20,000 bases of DNA, taken from IMG/VR virus record IMGVR_UViG_3300029288_000003. One strand, given 5' to 3'. The position numbers were made by a program, and so were the translations under genes. The notes under the pieces are model-generated. The model was not told the origin of the DNA. It saw nothing but the letters and a program-made list of their open reading frames with translations, and searched no databases. Below, piece by piece: positions 7,441 to 14,495 of this stretch (the stretch's first letter is position 1; each line of letters starts with the position of its first letter). This stretch comes from an uncultured virus (IMG/VR IMGVR_UViG_3300029288_000003) (Duplodnaviria; Heunggongvirae; Uroviricota; Caudoviricetes).

Positions 7441-7468
7441 TTGACAACCCGCAACCTTGACCTATGCT
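7441..7468 (+). promoter_or_regulatory. sigma70-type promoter TTGACA-N16-TATGCT
   Basis: Followed by ATATAGAAGGGGAG leader/RBS. Confidence 0.75.
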
Positions 7469-7493
7469 TGATATAGAAGGGGAGGGCGAAACA

Positions 7494-7559
7494 ATGCTTT
7501 ACCTGATTTTGATTTTCGCGTTTCTCTGGTTGTCGGGTTCACTTGACCGTTTACTCTAG
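7494..7559 (+). CDS. 21-aa hydrophobic micropeptide
   Basis: MLYLILIFAFLWLSGSLDRLL; own promoter and strong GGAGGG RBS. Confidence 0.6.
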   Translation: MLYLILIFAFLWLSGSLDRLL

Positions 7560-7569
7560 GGGGTGTGCT

Positions 7570-7749
7570 ATGCGATACCGCATTATCAGCCGGGAGAATG
7601 TCGAAACCTCATACGATTTTGTCAACCTTACGATTGCGGGTTTCCGCTCTGCGCATGATGCTTGCCAAGTATGCCAGCGTATTGACATACTGGCATACGT
7701 GATGGATACTTTCACGGGGCAAACCTTATACGAAAATTGGAAGGGGTAA
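7570..7749 (+). CDS. Hypothetical protein
   Basis: Start reassigned to ATG 7570 (AGGGGG RBS). Confidence 0.7.
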   Translation: MRYRIISRENVETSYDFVNLTIAGFRSAHDACQVCQRIDILAYVMDTFTGQTLYENWKG

Positions 7750-7752
7750 ACC

Positions 7753-8043
7753 ATGCGAAAGCTACGGCAAGCTATCGTCAAGGTTTTGGCCGATCTAAAA
7801 TCGGTCGAATATACCGATAAGGTTATCGGCCCCCTTGCCCATTGTGTCGCATACTTGGAAGGGTTGGCCGATCCAACAACGGAACAAGAGCGGGAAAGCC
7901 TAGTTGTCGGGTTGCGGGATTGCGTCAACCAGTTTGATGATTTTGCCGAAATTGAGGAAGATAACGGCAATACCAATTCTGCCGAAGTTTTGCATCTTGC
8001 CCGTTGGGATGCTTTAATGGCCATTTACTTTTTTGACAGGTGA
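7753..8043 (+). CDS. Hypothetical protein
   Basis: AAGGGG RBS; in the gene train. Confidence 0.75.
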   Translation: MRKLRQAIVKVLADLKSVEYTDKVIGPLAHCVAYLEGLADPTTEQERESLVVGLRDCVNQFDDFAEIEEDNGNTNSAEVLHLARWDALMAIYFFDR

Positions 8044-8046
8044 ACC

Positions 8047-8343
8047 ATGAAACTGGTCTGTAGCGGTTATACCGAAGAGCGCAGAAGCGCCCGTTTTAAG
8101 GGTTGGGCAAACGCCCTAGCTTCTCCCCGGTTTACAATCTTGCGGGCGGACGATACCCCCATTGTCGATTGCGATATGGGGACAATGGCGATTACAACCT
8201 ATACGGTTAGCTTGGAAGGGCACCCCGCCCGTACAATCAGCCGTAAAGACATACAACCTACCGCCCGGTTGTATTGTGACGCCCAACGGTTGCGGAAAAG
8301 CATAGGGACCGCGCCCCTTATGCTTATCCGTCCTAACCGTTAG
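8047..8343 (+). CDS. Hypothetical protein
   Basis: AGGTG RBS; in the gene train. Confidence 0.7.
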   Translation: MKLVCSGYTEERRSARFKGWANALASPRFTILRADDTPIVDCDMGTMAITTYTVSLEGHPARTISRKDIQPTARLYCDAQRLRKSIGTAPLMLIRPNR

Positions 8344-8390
8344 AATCGGGCCGAAAAGCAAAGAATCGGGAAAGATTTTTCCCGTATTGC

Positions 8391-8418
8391 TTGACACCCG
8401 CCACCCCTAACGTATGAT
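8391..8418 (+). promoter_or_regulatory. sigma70-type promoter TTGACA-N16-TATGAT
   Basis: Followed by AATAGAAGGGGAG leader/RBS. Confidence 0.75.
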
Positions 8419-8438
8419 TAAATAGAAGGGGAGAGACA

Positions 8439-8585
8439 ATGGGCGGAACAATTACAAGGTTGACGATTCTCCGACACCCGCTATTGATTGCGGGGTTGTT
8501 TGGGTGGCGGGTTGCGGTTATGGGTATCGTTCATCCCCACCCGATAACTTTCCTTGACCTCTTGCGGACAATGGGGAGGGTGTAG
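8439..8585 (+). CDS. Small hypothetical protein (48 aa)
   Basis: MGGTITRLTILRHPLLIAGLFGWRVAVMG...; promoter and RBS upstream. Confidence 0.6.
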   Translation: MGGTITRLTILRHPLLIAGLFGWRVAVMGIVHPHPITFLDLLRTMGRV

Positions 8586-8587
8586 CA

Positions 8588-8941
8588 ATGCTTACGAAAA
8601 CCGAAAGATACGCGATAGCAAACGCCGCAATCGCCAAGCTAGGGGCGCGTAGGGCAATGGAAGCATCCCGCCCGGTTTACCCGCCGATACCCAACCCGAC
8701 GGGTTTTGACGGGGTGGACCTCTTGCCCGGTCGATACCCCCGTTATCGGGCGCGTATCCGATTTTGTGACGCCCTTAGTGGGCAGGATACCCGTATCACA
8801 TTGGGCACCCGGTTTGATAGTGCCGAACAAGCGGGGTATGCTTACGCTGCCGCGCACGTAAAGCTATGGGGCGCGGTTAGCCGATACACCCGCGATATAT
8901 CGCCGGATGAATTGCAAGCAATGATCGACGGGGGCCGATGA
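8588..8941 (+). CDS. Stand-alone AP2-domain DNA-binding protein
   Basis: TGFDGV...YRARI...ITLGTRFDSAEQAGYAYAAAHVKLWG matches the AP2 pattern (G..GV..W/Y.A.I...LG.F.T.E.A..AY..A...L.G); no HNH motif. Confidence 0.75.
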   Translation: MLTKTERYAIANAAIAKLGARRAMEASRPVYPPIPNPTGFDGVDLLPGRYPRYRARIRFCDALSGQDTRITLGTRFDSAEQAGYAYAAAHVKLWGAVSRYTRDISPDELQAMIDGGR

Positions 8942-8948
8942 TTTTTAT

Positions 8949-8976
8949 TTGACAATCACAATTCCCGATCTATGCT
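8949..8976 (+). promoter_or_regulatory. sigma70-type promoter TTGACA-N16-TATGCT
   Basis: Followed by ATATAGGAAGGGG leader/RBS. Confidence 0.75.
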
Positions 8977-8999
8977 TAATATAGGAAGGGGATACAATC

Positions 9000-9266
9000 A
9001 TGGCGACAACAAAACGATACGGGCGGAATGGTGGCGAGTATGCGGGCGGGTACTATCGCCGACAACCGGGCGGGTGGTGGTATCTATGGGCCAACGTGGA
9101 AGATTACGCCAACGGCAAACCACGCGATACCGTCTTGTGTGGCCCCTTGCCGGTTGCGGAAGTAAGGGCACAACTAGCCCGCTATGTGGCGGATAGGGCG
9201 GTAGAAGCATTGCAAGCGGGGCGGGTTGTCGGTTATGTTTTGGGTGCTAACAGACTGGGGGTGTAA
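9000..9266 (+). CDS. Hypothetical protein
   Basis: Promoter and RBS upstream. Confidence 0.75.
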   Translation: MATTKRYGRNGGEYAGGYYRRQPGGWWYLWANVEDYANGKPRDTVLCGPLPVAEVRAQLARYVADRAVEALQAGRVVGYVLGANRLGV

Positions 9267-9267
9267 C

Positions 9268-9546
9268 ATGGTTACAAGAGAAGGGGTTGCCGATAGTGTC
9301 GCGCGGGTGGTCAAGCTACTTGATAACCCCCGCCTTGCCCCTTGTCCCCGTAATTCGGTTGTGCGGGATGCAAGGGCTGCGCTGATTGCGCAGATTTTTT
9401 GGGGTGATAGGGTTCTTGCCGCCTATAGGGATGGTATCGACCCTATGCCCTTTGCCGACGAAATGGCGAAAGCCTATCATCGGGGTCATGCCGCGCTTGA
9501 CAAGTTTGTGGATTGTATCCGAAACAAGGATTGCAACGGGGTCTAA
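9268..9546 (+). CDS. Hypothetical protein, paralogue of 367..651
   Basis: Start reassigned to ATG 9268; ARAALIAQIFWGDRVLAAYRD. Confidence 0.78.
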   Translation: MVTREGVADSVARVVKLLDNPRLAPCPRNSVVRDARAALIAQIFWGDRVLAAYRDGIDPMPFADEMAKAYHRGHAALDKFVDCIRNKDCNGV

Positions 9547-9547
9547 C

Positions 9548-9856
9548 ATGGTCAATATGTTTTGTGAGGATTGCAACGGTTGCGATCATTGTGAGTGTTG
9601 CACCGATTGCACGAATTGCATGAATTGCGGGTTTTCCTACAAGTCTACCCGTTGCGTCAAGTCGTCGCATGTTATCAGGTGTAACGAGTGTGTCGATTGT
9701 GACGTTTGCGAGAATTGCAATCATTGCATCGGTTGTCACGATTGCAAGGATTGTGAGTATTGTATCGACTGCGGGGGTCTTGTCGGTCGTAAGTATTGCA
9801 TCGGTGGTAGGCAATATACCGAAGCAGAGTTTTTTACCGTATTGGGCAGGGCATGA
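9548..9856 (+). CDS. Cysteine-rich Cxx-repeat protein
   Basis: Start reassigned to ATG 9548; C at about every third residue; C-terminal CGGLVGRKYCIGGRQYTEAEF. Confidence 0.8.
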   Translation: MVNMFCEDCNGCDHCECCTDCTNCMNCGFSYKSTRCVKSSHVIRCNECVDCDVCENCNHCIGCHDCKDCEYCIDCGGLVGRKYCIGGRQYTEAEFFTVLGRA

Positions 9857-10023
9857 TAGACCCCGAAAAAACCGCCGAAAAAATCCTAGCTAGTTGTCAG
9901 TCTGATAGCGACATAGCACAAGAGCTAGGATTGTCGCCCGATGCTATAGCTATCATCCGCGCAGCGTATGACATTGGGCGGGATGATGGCATGGTAGAAG
10001 AATCTAGCGGGTGGGGGCGATAG
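9853..10023 (+). CDS. Small hypothetical protein (56 aa)
   Basis: MIDPEKTAEKILASC...IRAAYDIGRDDG...; ATGA coupling. Confidence 0.65.
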   Translation: MIDPEKTAEKILASCQSDSDIAQELGLSPDAIAIIRAAYDIGRDDGMVEESSGWGR

Positions 10024-10226
10024 TGGCAAGCTACAAGCATAGCAACGGTCGGCTAGTCCATCGGCGGGGCGGTAGGTTTCGCGTATCGACCCTTGCCGAT
10101 ATTGGCCTTGCCGTATGTTCTGTTTGCGGCAAGCTATATGCCCCTGATTTTAGCGACATAGCGGGTGTGGTCGATCCCCGCATTATCAAGGATCGACAAA
10201 CAACCTGCCCGGATTGCCGAAAATGA
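10023..10226 (+). CDS. Small Zn-finger protein
   Basis: CSVC...CPDC; GTG start overlapping the previous TAG. Confidence 0.7.
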   Translation: MASYKHSNGRLVHRRGGRFRVSTLADIGLAVCSVCGKLYAPDFSDIAGVVDPRIIKDRQTTCPDCRK

Positions 10227-10363
10227 AACGATACCTAATTTTGCTGGGGTGTGTATCCGCTATGGTGTGTAGTTGTGGGCTATTGTGGCAATACCCCATG
10301 TGGTGTAGTGTTGTATCATTCTGGTTAGGGGCGATATACGCCACCCTACAGTATGGGAGATAG
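10223..10363 (+). CDS. Small membrane protein (46 aa)
   Basis: MKRYLILLGCVSAMVCSCGLLWQYPMWCSVVSFWLGAIYATLQYGR; ATGA coupling. Confidence 0.55.
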   Translation: MKRYLILLGCVSAMVCSCGLLWQYPMWCSVVSFWLGAIYATLQYGR

Positions 10364-10364
10364 T

Positions 10365-10490
10365 ATGTCGTTTGTGGTAGTCAATCTGTTATCTGCCCTG
10401 ATTTACTTGCTTGTAGTGGGTGTACCGCTTTGTCTACTTGGAGGGGTGCTAGGGGCTATGATAGTCGGGCTGATTAAATCGCTACGCTAG
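10365..10490 (+). CDS. Small membrane protein (41 aa)
   Basis: MSFVVVNLLSALIYLLVVGVPLCLLGGVLGAMIVGLIKSLR; GGGAG RBS. Confidence 0.6.
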   Translation: MSFVVVNLLSALIYLLVVGVPLCLLGGVLGAMIVGLIKSLR

Positions 10491-10926
10491 TTGCCCTTTG
10501 CTCGATTTAATGCCGGAAATGGCCGTTTTTATTTGCTCGGTTTTGCCGATTGTCGGGGTCGAATCGACCCGATTAAAGTGTAGTCAAAATGATGGCGCTA
10601 TATTGTAGTCAATATGATACACCCAAACGGGTTATGGGTTCGCGTGTTCTGATAATGCGAATAATACCTTGTGTATGGATACGGAGGGTGCGGAGGATAG
10701 CAACAGTGGGGACGGCTGGTTGCTTGTTGGTGGTTATAACGGATGTGCGGTGTCTCGCTCCTCGCGCAATGGAGCAATGGAAAAACCCTAAGAAATGTTA
10801 AAATCGTTAGACAAGCTACAATCCATACACTTATTACCACTGTTATAAACGCATATTGTTCTATTTATATGGATTATATGGGTCAAATACGGTTGTATCA
10901 AGCGTGTCGATTGTCGCAAGTGGGCT

Positions 10927-11001
10927 GATTGTCGGGGTCATACCGGGTCTAGGCGGAATATACGGTACAATACATACAAACATTCGTGACCCCGACAATC
11001 G
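10927..11001. repeat. Perfect 14-bp inverted pair of the GATTGTCGGGGTCA motif
   Basis: GATTGTCGGGGTCA at 10927-10940 and TGACCCCGACAATC at 10987-11000. Confidence 0.85.
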
Positions 11002-11460
11002 TTATACATACTACATGCTTACATGCTTAGCATATTCGTTATAATAGTAATGATCGTTATAACAGTTACCTATGTATCTATGTATGGATTGTAGTATGTA
11101 TGCAGGTTGTGTGTAGTATGTGTGATGTAACATACATACAGACTACATGCAACATACTGGTTATAGGGGGTATAGTATATTTAATAAATAAAATAAATAT
11201 ATTATTTATTCTAATAATACAGTATATGCCCTATATCATACATGGTGCGAGCGTGTCGGTTGTCGGGGTGGGGATGACTGGGAGGGTCAAATTGATTGTA
11301 GTGAGTCTGACGATTATAACGATTCCTCCGGCCGCTGTTCTGACTGGCGTAGTAGTCAAAAATAGGTCTCTAACGCGGCAATTCGCCAATTTTAAAGAAA
11401 ATCGTCAATTTATGACGAGTTAAAAAGATATAACTGCTTATCCGCTAAGTAGTTATAGAT

Positions 11461-11856
11461 TTGAAATGCATAATTGAAACGCAAAAAGCTATTTATGCCT
11501 TTTTAATTTCGCCGAACGAATGCACACCCCCCGGACTTAACTTTACGTTTCAATTGACACAAACTACAGGCTGGTAAGGGTTTAAAGCAGGCTCTCACGC
11601 ACACTTAGGGCAGATTGAAACTCAAATATATATTTCTCACGAGGAAAAGTTTTACTACGCGAGAGAAAATATATTTTTGTATATAAGGGAGATGTTTCCA
11701 GGGACAAAAGCATACATTTGCGTTTCAATTAGAAACCCGGCGTCCCAAGTCCAGGGCAGGTAGCTTGTTAGGAATTGAAACGCAAAGATAAAACCCTCAT
11801 TTTGGCGAAATCGCGCCCTCAAAAACACAGGTATGCGTTTCAATTATGCATTTCAA
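11461..11856. repeat. Inverted-repeat cassette: 23-bp perfect outer IR with six alternating AATTGAAACGCA-type boxes
   Basis: TTGAAATGCATAATTGAAACGCA at 11461-11483 and its exact reverse complement at 11834-11856; inner boxes at 11546, 11614, 11717 and 11773. Confidence 0.85.
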
Positions 11857-12199
11857 TCACAGTCCCATACGTCCCTGTACGTTTGAGTTTTATTAAACGC
11901 GACCATATTTGAGGGCATGTTGCTTGTTCGGGAGTGACCTTATGATTATTCACTATCATTCCAAGCCGCTTGTATAAAGTGCTTATGGCTATATTACCAC
12001 ATGCCTGATGATGCAGTTGATAGATAGTAGAGTACCGCTTCCCTGACAACTCGAAGAATTCAGGCACCACGGCCACTTCTGGCGGCAGGTCGCGTAATCG
12101 CTTCCGAAGAATATGAATGGTACTTACATAACAACGCGGATGCTCAAAAAGCTCCTGTGCATTTGCAAACTTCTGACCCCAGCATATAATCATACGCAA
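11840..12199 (-). CDS. Putative DNA-binding protein with two NUMOD/HTH-like repeats
   Basis: ICWGQKFAN...PRC.V....L.KRL...PPEVAV and G..Y..I...ISTLYKRL...PEQA; resembles 19704..20000. Confidence 0.65.
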   Translation of the reverse strand: MRMIICWGQKFANAQELFEHPRCYVSTIHILRKRLRDLPPEVAVVPEFFELSGKRYSTIYQLHHQACGNIAISTLYKRLGMIVNNHKVTPEQATCPQIWSRLIKLKRTGTYGTVIEMHN

Positions 12200-12324
12200 C
12201 TCCTATAACTTTTGAAGTTGATACCATCCATGAATAATTCAAGCCAGTTATCCGCATAAACCCTGACTTCATAAGAATGCCCATCTGGCTCAACACACCG
12301 ATAAATTATAGTCAAATATTCCAT
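12190..12324 (-). CDS. Small hypothetical protein (44 aa)
   Basis: Start reassigned to ATG 12324 (MEYLTIIYRC...). Confidence 0.55.
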   Translation of the reverse strand: MEYLTIIYRCVEPDGHSYEVRVYADNWLELFMDGINFKSYRSCV

Positions 12325-12425
12325 AATAAATTTACCCAATCTATAATATGAGTGTAAATATAAAGCATACCAGCGGCTAGTACCATGATCCAAAAAAGAC
12401 AAATCAAATCATCTAATAGCTTCAT
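12312..12425 (-). CDS. Small membrane protein (37 aa)
   Basis: MKLLDDLICLFWIMVLAAGMLYIYTHIIDWVNLLWNI fills the gap in the gene train. Confidence 0.45.
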   Translation of the reverse strand: MKLLDDLICLFWIMVLAAGMLYIYTHIIDWVNLLWNI

Positions 12426-12852
12426 ATTCTATAATCTCCACTCGCTCTATCACATCACCTTGTTTAATAGCATTAACTACATTCATACCTTCAATAACCT
12501 GACCAAAAACACTATGTTTACCATTAAGCCAAGGACAGTTGCAGTGGCAGATGAAAAACTGGCTTGAAGACGTATTTGGTCCGCTATTCGCCATCGACAA
12601 ACAACCAGCAGTATGCAGGAGGCGAGGGTCAAATTCGTCTGGTATGAGGTAGCCCGCACTTCCGAACCCCGTTCCTAGCGGGCAGCCGGTTTGAATCATA
12701 AAATCAGCAATTACTCTATGAAATTTCAAGCCATCATAAAAGCCTGCGTTGACAAGATTCTTGAAATTTGCTACTGTATTAGGCACAAGTGGTGATAGTG
12801 CTGCTACTATAATCCCTCGATTTGTTGTAATAATTACTGTATCAAGCCCCAT
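12409..12852 (-). CDS. Cyclophilin-type peptidyl-prolyl cis-trans isomerase
   Basis: P.TV.NF, FYDG..FHRVI..FMIQ.G, LSMAN.GPNT.SSQFFI, WLNGKHSVFGQV.EG. Confidence 0.95.
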   Translation of the reverse strand: MGLDTVIITTNRGIIVAALSPLVPNTVANFKNLVNAGFYDGLKFHRVIADFMIQTGCPLGTGFGSAGYLIPDEFDPRLLHTAGCLSMANSGPNTSSSQFFICHCNCPWLNGKHSVFGQVIEGMNVVNAIKQGDVIERVEIIEYEAIR

Positions 12853-12998
12853 GAGCGTAAACACCTTTCCATATATTCAGGGAATCGTTGATCTTCGACT
12901 GTGGAATCATCAGGCAACAAGCCCGTGGCTAACCAATGAAGATACTGTTCATGTGTTAGCTTCCATCCAGCAAGCTGTTCGAGTTCATGTTTTGTCAT
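12834..12998 (-). CDS. Small hypothetical protein (54 aa)
   Basis: MTKHELEQLAGWKLTHEQYLHWLATG...; fills the gap in the gene train. Confidence 0.55.
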   Translation of the reverse strand: MTKHELEQLAGWKLTHEQYLHWLATGLLPDDSTVEDQRFPEYMERCLRSWGLIQ

Positions 12999-13254
12999 TG
13001 AAATACCGATAATAGATGGCCTGCCCGACCCAAACCGTGTTGGCTGTTACCACACCGAGTCCACCAACTAGACTCCACCACGCATTCACATAAGGGTAAA
13101 AGTACAAATTCCAGAACCCCCAGGCGTTAAAAAAGATCATTGGCAGGAGGCTAACGCCCTTCAACTCTTTGTCAAGGTAGAGTTGCCAACAATTTTTAGC
13201 AATGACAACCCCGCCCAGAAGTTCAAATCCACCGTTGATTATATCAGGTAACAT
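12985..13254 (-). CDS. 3-TM membrane protein, SemiSWEET/PQ-loop-like
   Basis: 89 aa with three hydrophobic segments; LY.DK..KGVS motif after helix 1. Confidence 0.6.
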   Translation of the reverse strand: MLPDIINGGFELLGGVVIAKNCWQLYLDKELKGVSLLPMIFFNAWGFWNLYFYPYVNAWWSLVGGLGVVTANTVWVGQAIYYRYFNDKT

Positions 13255-13630
13255 TCATCACCCTCTCTGTATATTTCCAAGCAAACGGCACCCACAGCAC
13301 CCAATATCCTGCATCATGCAATTTTGATACCATTTGCTGGCCTGCCGCTTTATTGAGGGTATGCACAATGATTTTATCAATCTTTGGTTTGTGTTCAATA
13401 ATCCAGCGCACAACCTCCATGCCTGTATCAGGATCGGCAGAATTCGCGGCCTCTTTCCCACCGAGGTCGTGATCTAAGAAAACCCAATCCCACTTAACCC
13501 AACCCAGATTCTCGCCGTCGGATAAAAAGTTAATACAATCAACAGCCGTAGCCACAGTAATCGCCGACGGTACTGCCGACCGGAATACTTTTGTTCGTTC
13601 AGGACAATCATCTAGGAACAGAATACTCAT
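13244..13630 (-). CDS. Stand-alone receiver-like protein (cyclic-phosphate-processing REC type)
   Basis: LFLDD, FLDHDLG, TG.EV..W and IVHT.N motifs; start reassigned to MSILFLDD. Confidence 0.75.
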   Translation of the reverse strand: MSILFLDDCPERTKVFRSAVPSAITVATAVDCINFLSDGENLGWVKWDWVFLDHDLGGKEAANSADPDTGMEVVRWIIEHKPKIDKIIVHTLNKAAGQQMVSKLHDAGYWVLWVPFAWKYTERVMNVT

Positions 13631-13672
13631 TTTATCTCGCTCTATGCTTTTGCACCGTCGCAATTTTTGGAA

Positions 13673-13888
13673 TCATTCGGACCAACCGTATTGAACCGAT
13701 TTCATTGGCCAACCACCTTGGACTTGCCCGCAGTCAAGACAGATAACCAATTCAATTTCACCTTCGCCTTCCACATTTGTCCCGATAAGACGAGTAGCCC
13801 CAGTACCTTTAATGTAGGCTAATTTATCAGATTGGCAAGATTGACATTTAGAAGGCAAGTTTGTTGTAGTGGGGAGGGTTAATTGCAT
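13673..13888 (-). CDS. Small Zn-ribbon protein
   Basis: CQSC...CLDCGQVQG. Confidence 0.7.
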   Translation of the reverse strand: MQLTLPTTTNLPSKCQSCQSDKLAYIKGTGATRLIGTNVEGEGEIELVICLDCGQVQGGWPMKSVQYGWSE

Positions 13889-14325
13889 ACTTTGTTCCTT
13901 ACAATATTACGCAAATCATACGTAGCAAATTTTCGGATATTTTTTGGATTCACAGGCCCGGTTAGAAAATCAAATGGCTTAGCATGGTGTCCAAAATACG
14001 GGCAATCTAAATCATGTGTTAAATGTAAAGTATCGTCAGGGTGATTATGTGTATATTGACAATATGCTGATATGCTTGGATCAAATTTTAGCTTTAAACC
14101 GACTAACCGGATGCTTTGATGTTGACTACCTAATGCAACTAACATGCCAATCAGTTCTAATCCATGTAAAGGACGGGGCCAAATCCAAATAGCCCCAGGC
14201 CGGATTAGTTCACCAATGGTATCACGAAACCTCTCATAATAGTGTGAAGCTACAGAATGTGGTAGCAGGCCACTTATCCGTATTTCGCGCCATTGTTTTA
14301 AGGTTGTGTAGTGATACCCTAACAT
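13879..14325 (-). CDS. Hypothetical protein, possible ADP-ribosyltransferase-like fold
   Basis: N-terminal YHYTT....I...GLLP and later IW.W resemble ART-fold strand motifs; function tentative. Confidence 0.55.
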   Translation of the reverse strand: MLGYHYTTLKQWREIRISGLLPHSVASHYYERFRDTIGELIRPGAIWIWPRPLHGLELIGMLVALGSQHQSIRLVGLKLKFDPSISAYCQYTHNHPDDTLHLTHDLDCPYFGHHAKPFDFLTGPVNPKNIRKFATYDLRNIVRNKVCN

Positions 14326-14495
14326 ACGTAATTCACTTTTAAAACTTCGAGGGCTGCCATTACATCATTAAAAGCCAATTGCGCTGACTCTTGAGCCGTG
14401 TTGGTATCCTCTATGGTCCCCTCAGTCGCGCCCTCAAGAATGTCGAACAAGTTATCGAGACGTTTTTGTACTTCTGTTTTTACGCGAACTAACAT
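14319..14495 (-). CDS. Small hypothetical protein (58 aa)
   Basis: MLVRVKTEVQKRLDNLFDILEG...; AGGAG RBS. Confidence 0.55.
   Translation of the reverse strand: MLVRVKTEVQKRLDNLFDILEGATEGTIEDTNTAQESAQLAFNDVMAALEVLKVNYVC

Noticed and set aside
10589..11843. ORF-track ORFs in the convergence zone
   Set aside because: They overlap low-complexity DNA and repeats, with no RBS or coupling and biased composition
11461..11856. CRISPR array suggested by ATTGAAAC/GTTTCAAT words
   Set aside because: The boxes alternate in orientation and are only 8-14 bp with irregular spacing; there are no 25-40 bp direct repeats
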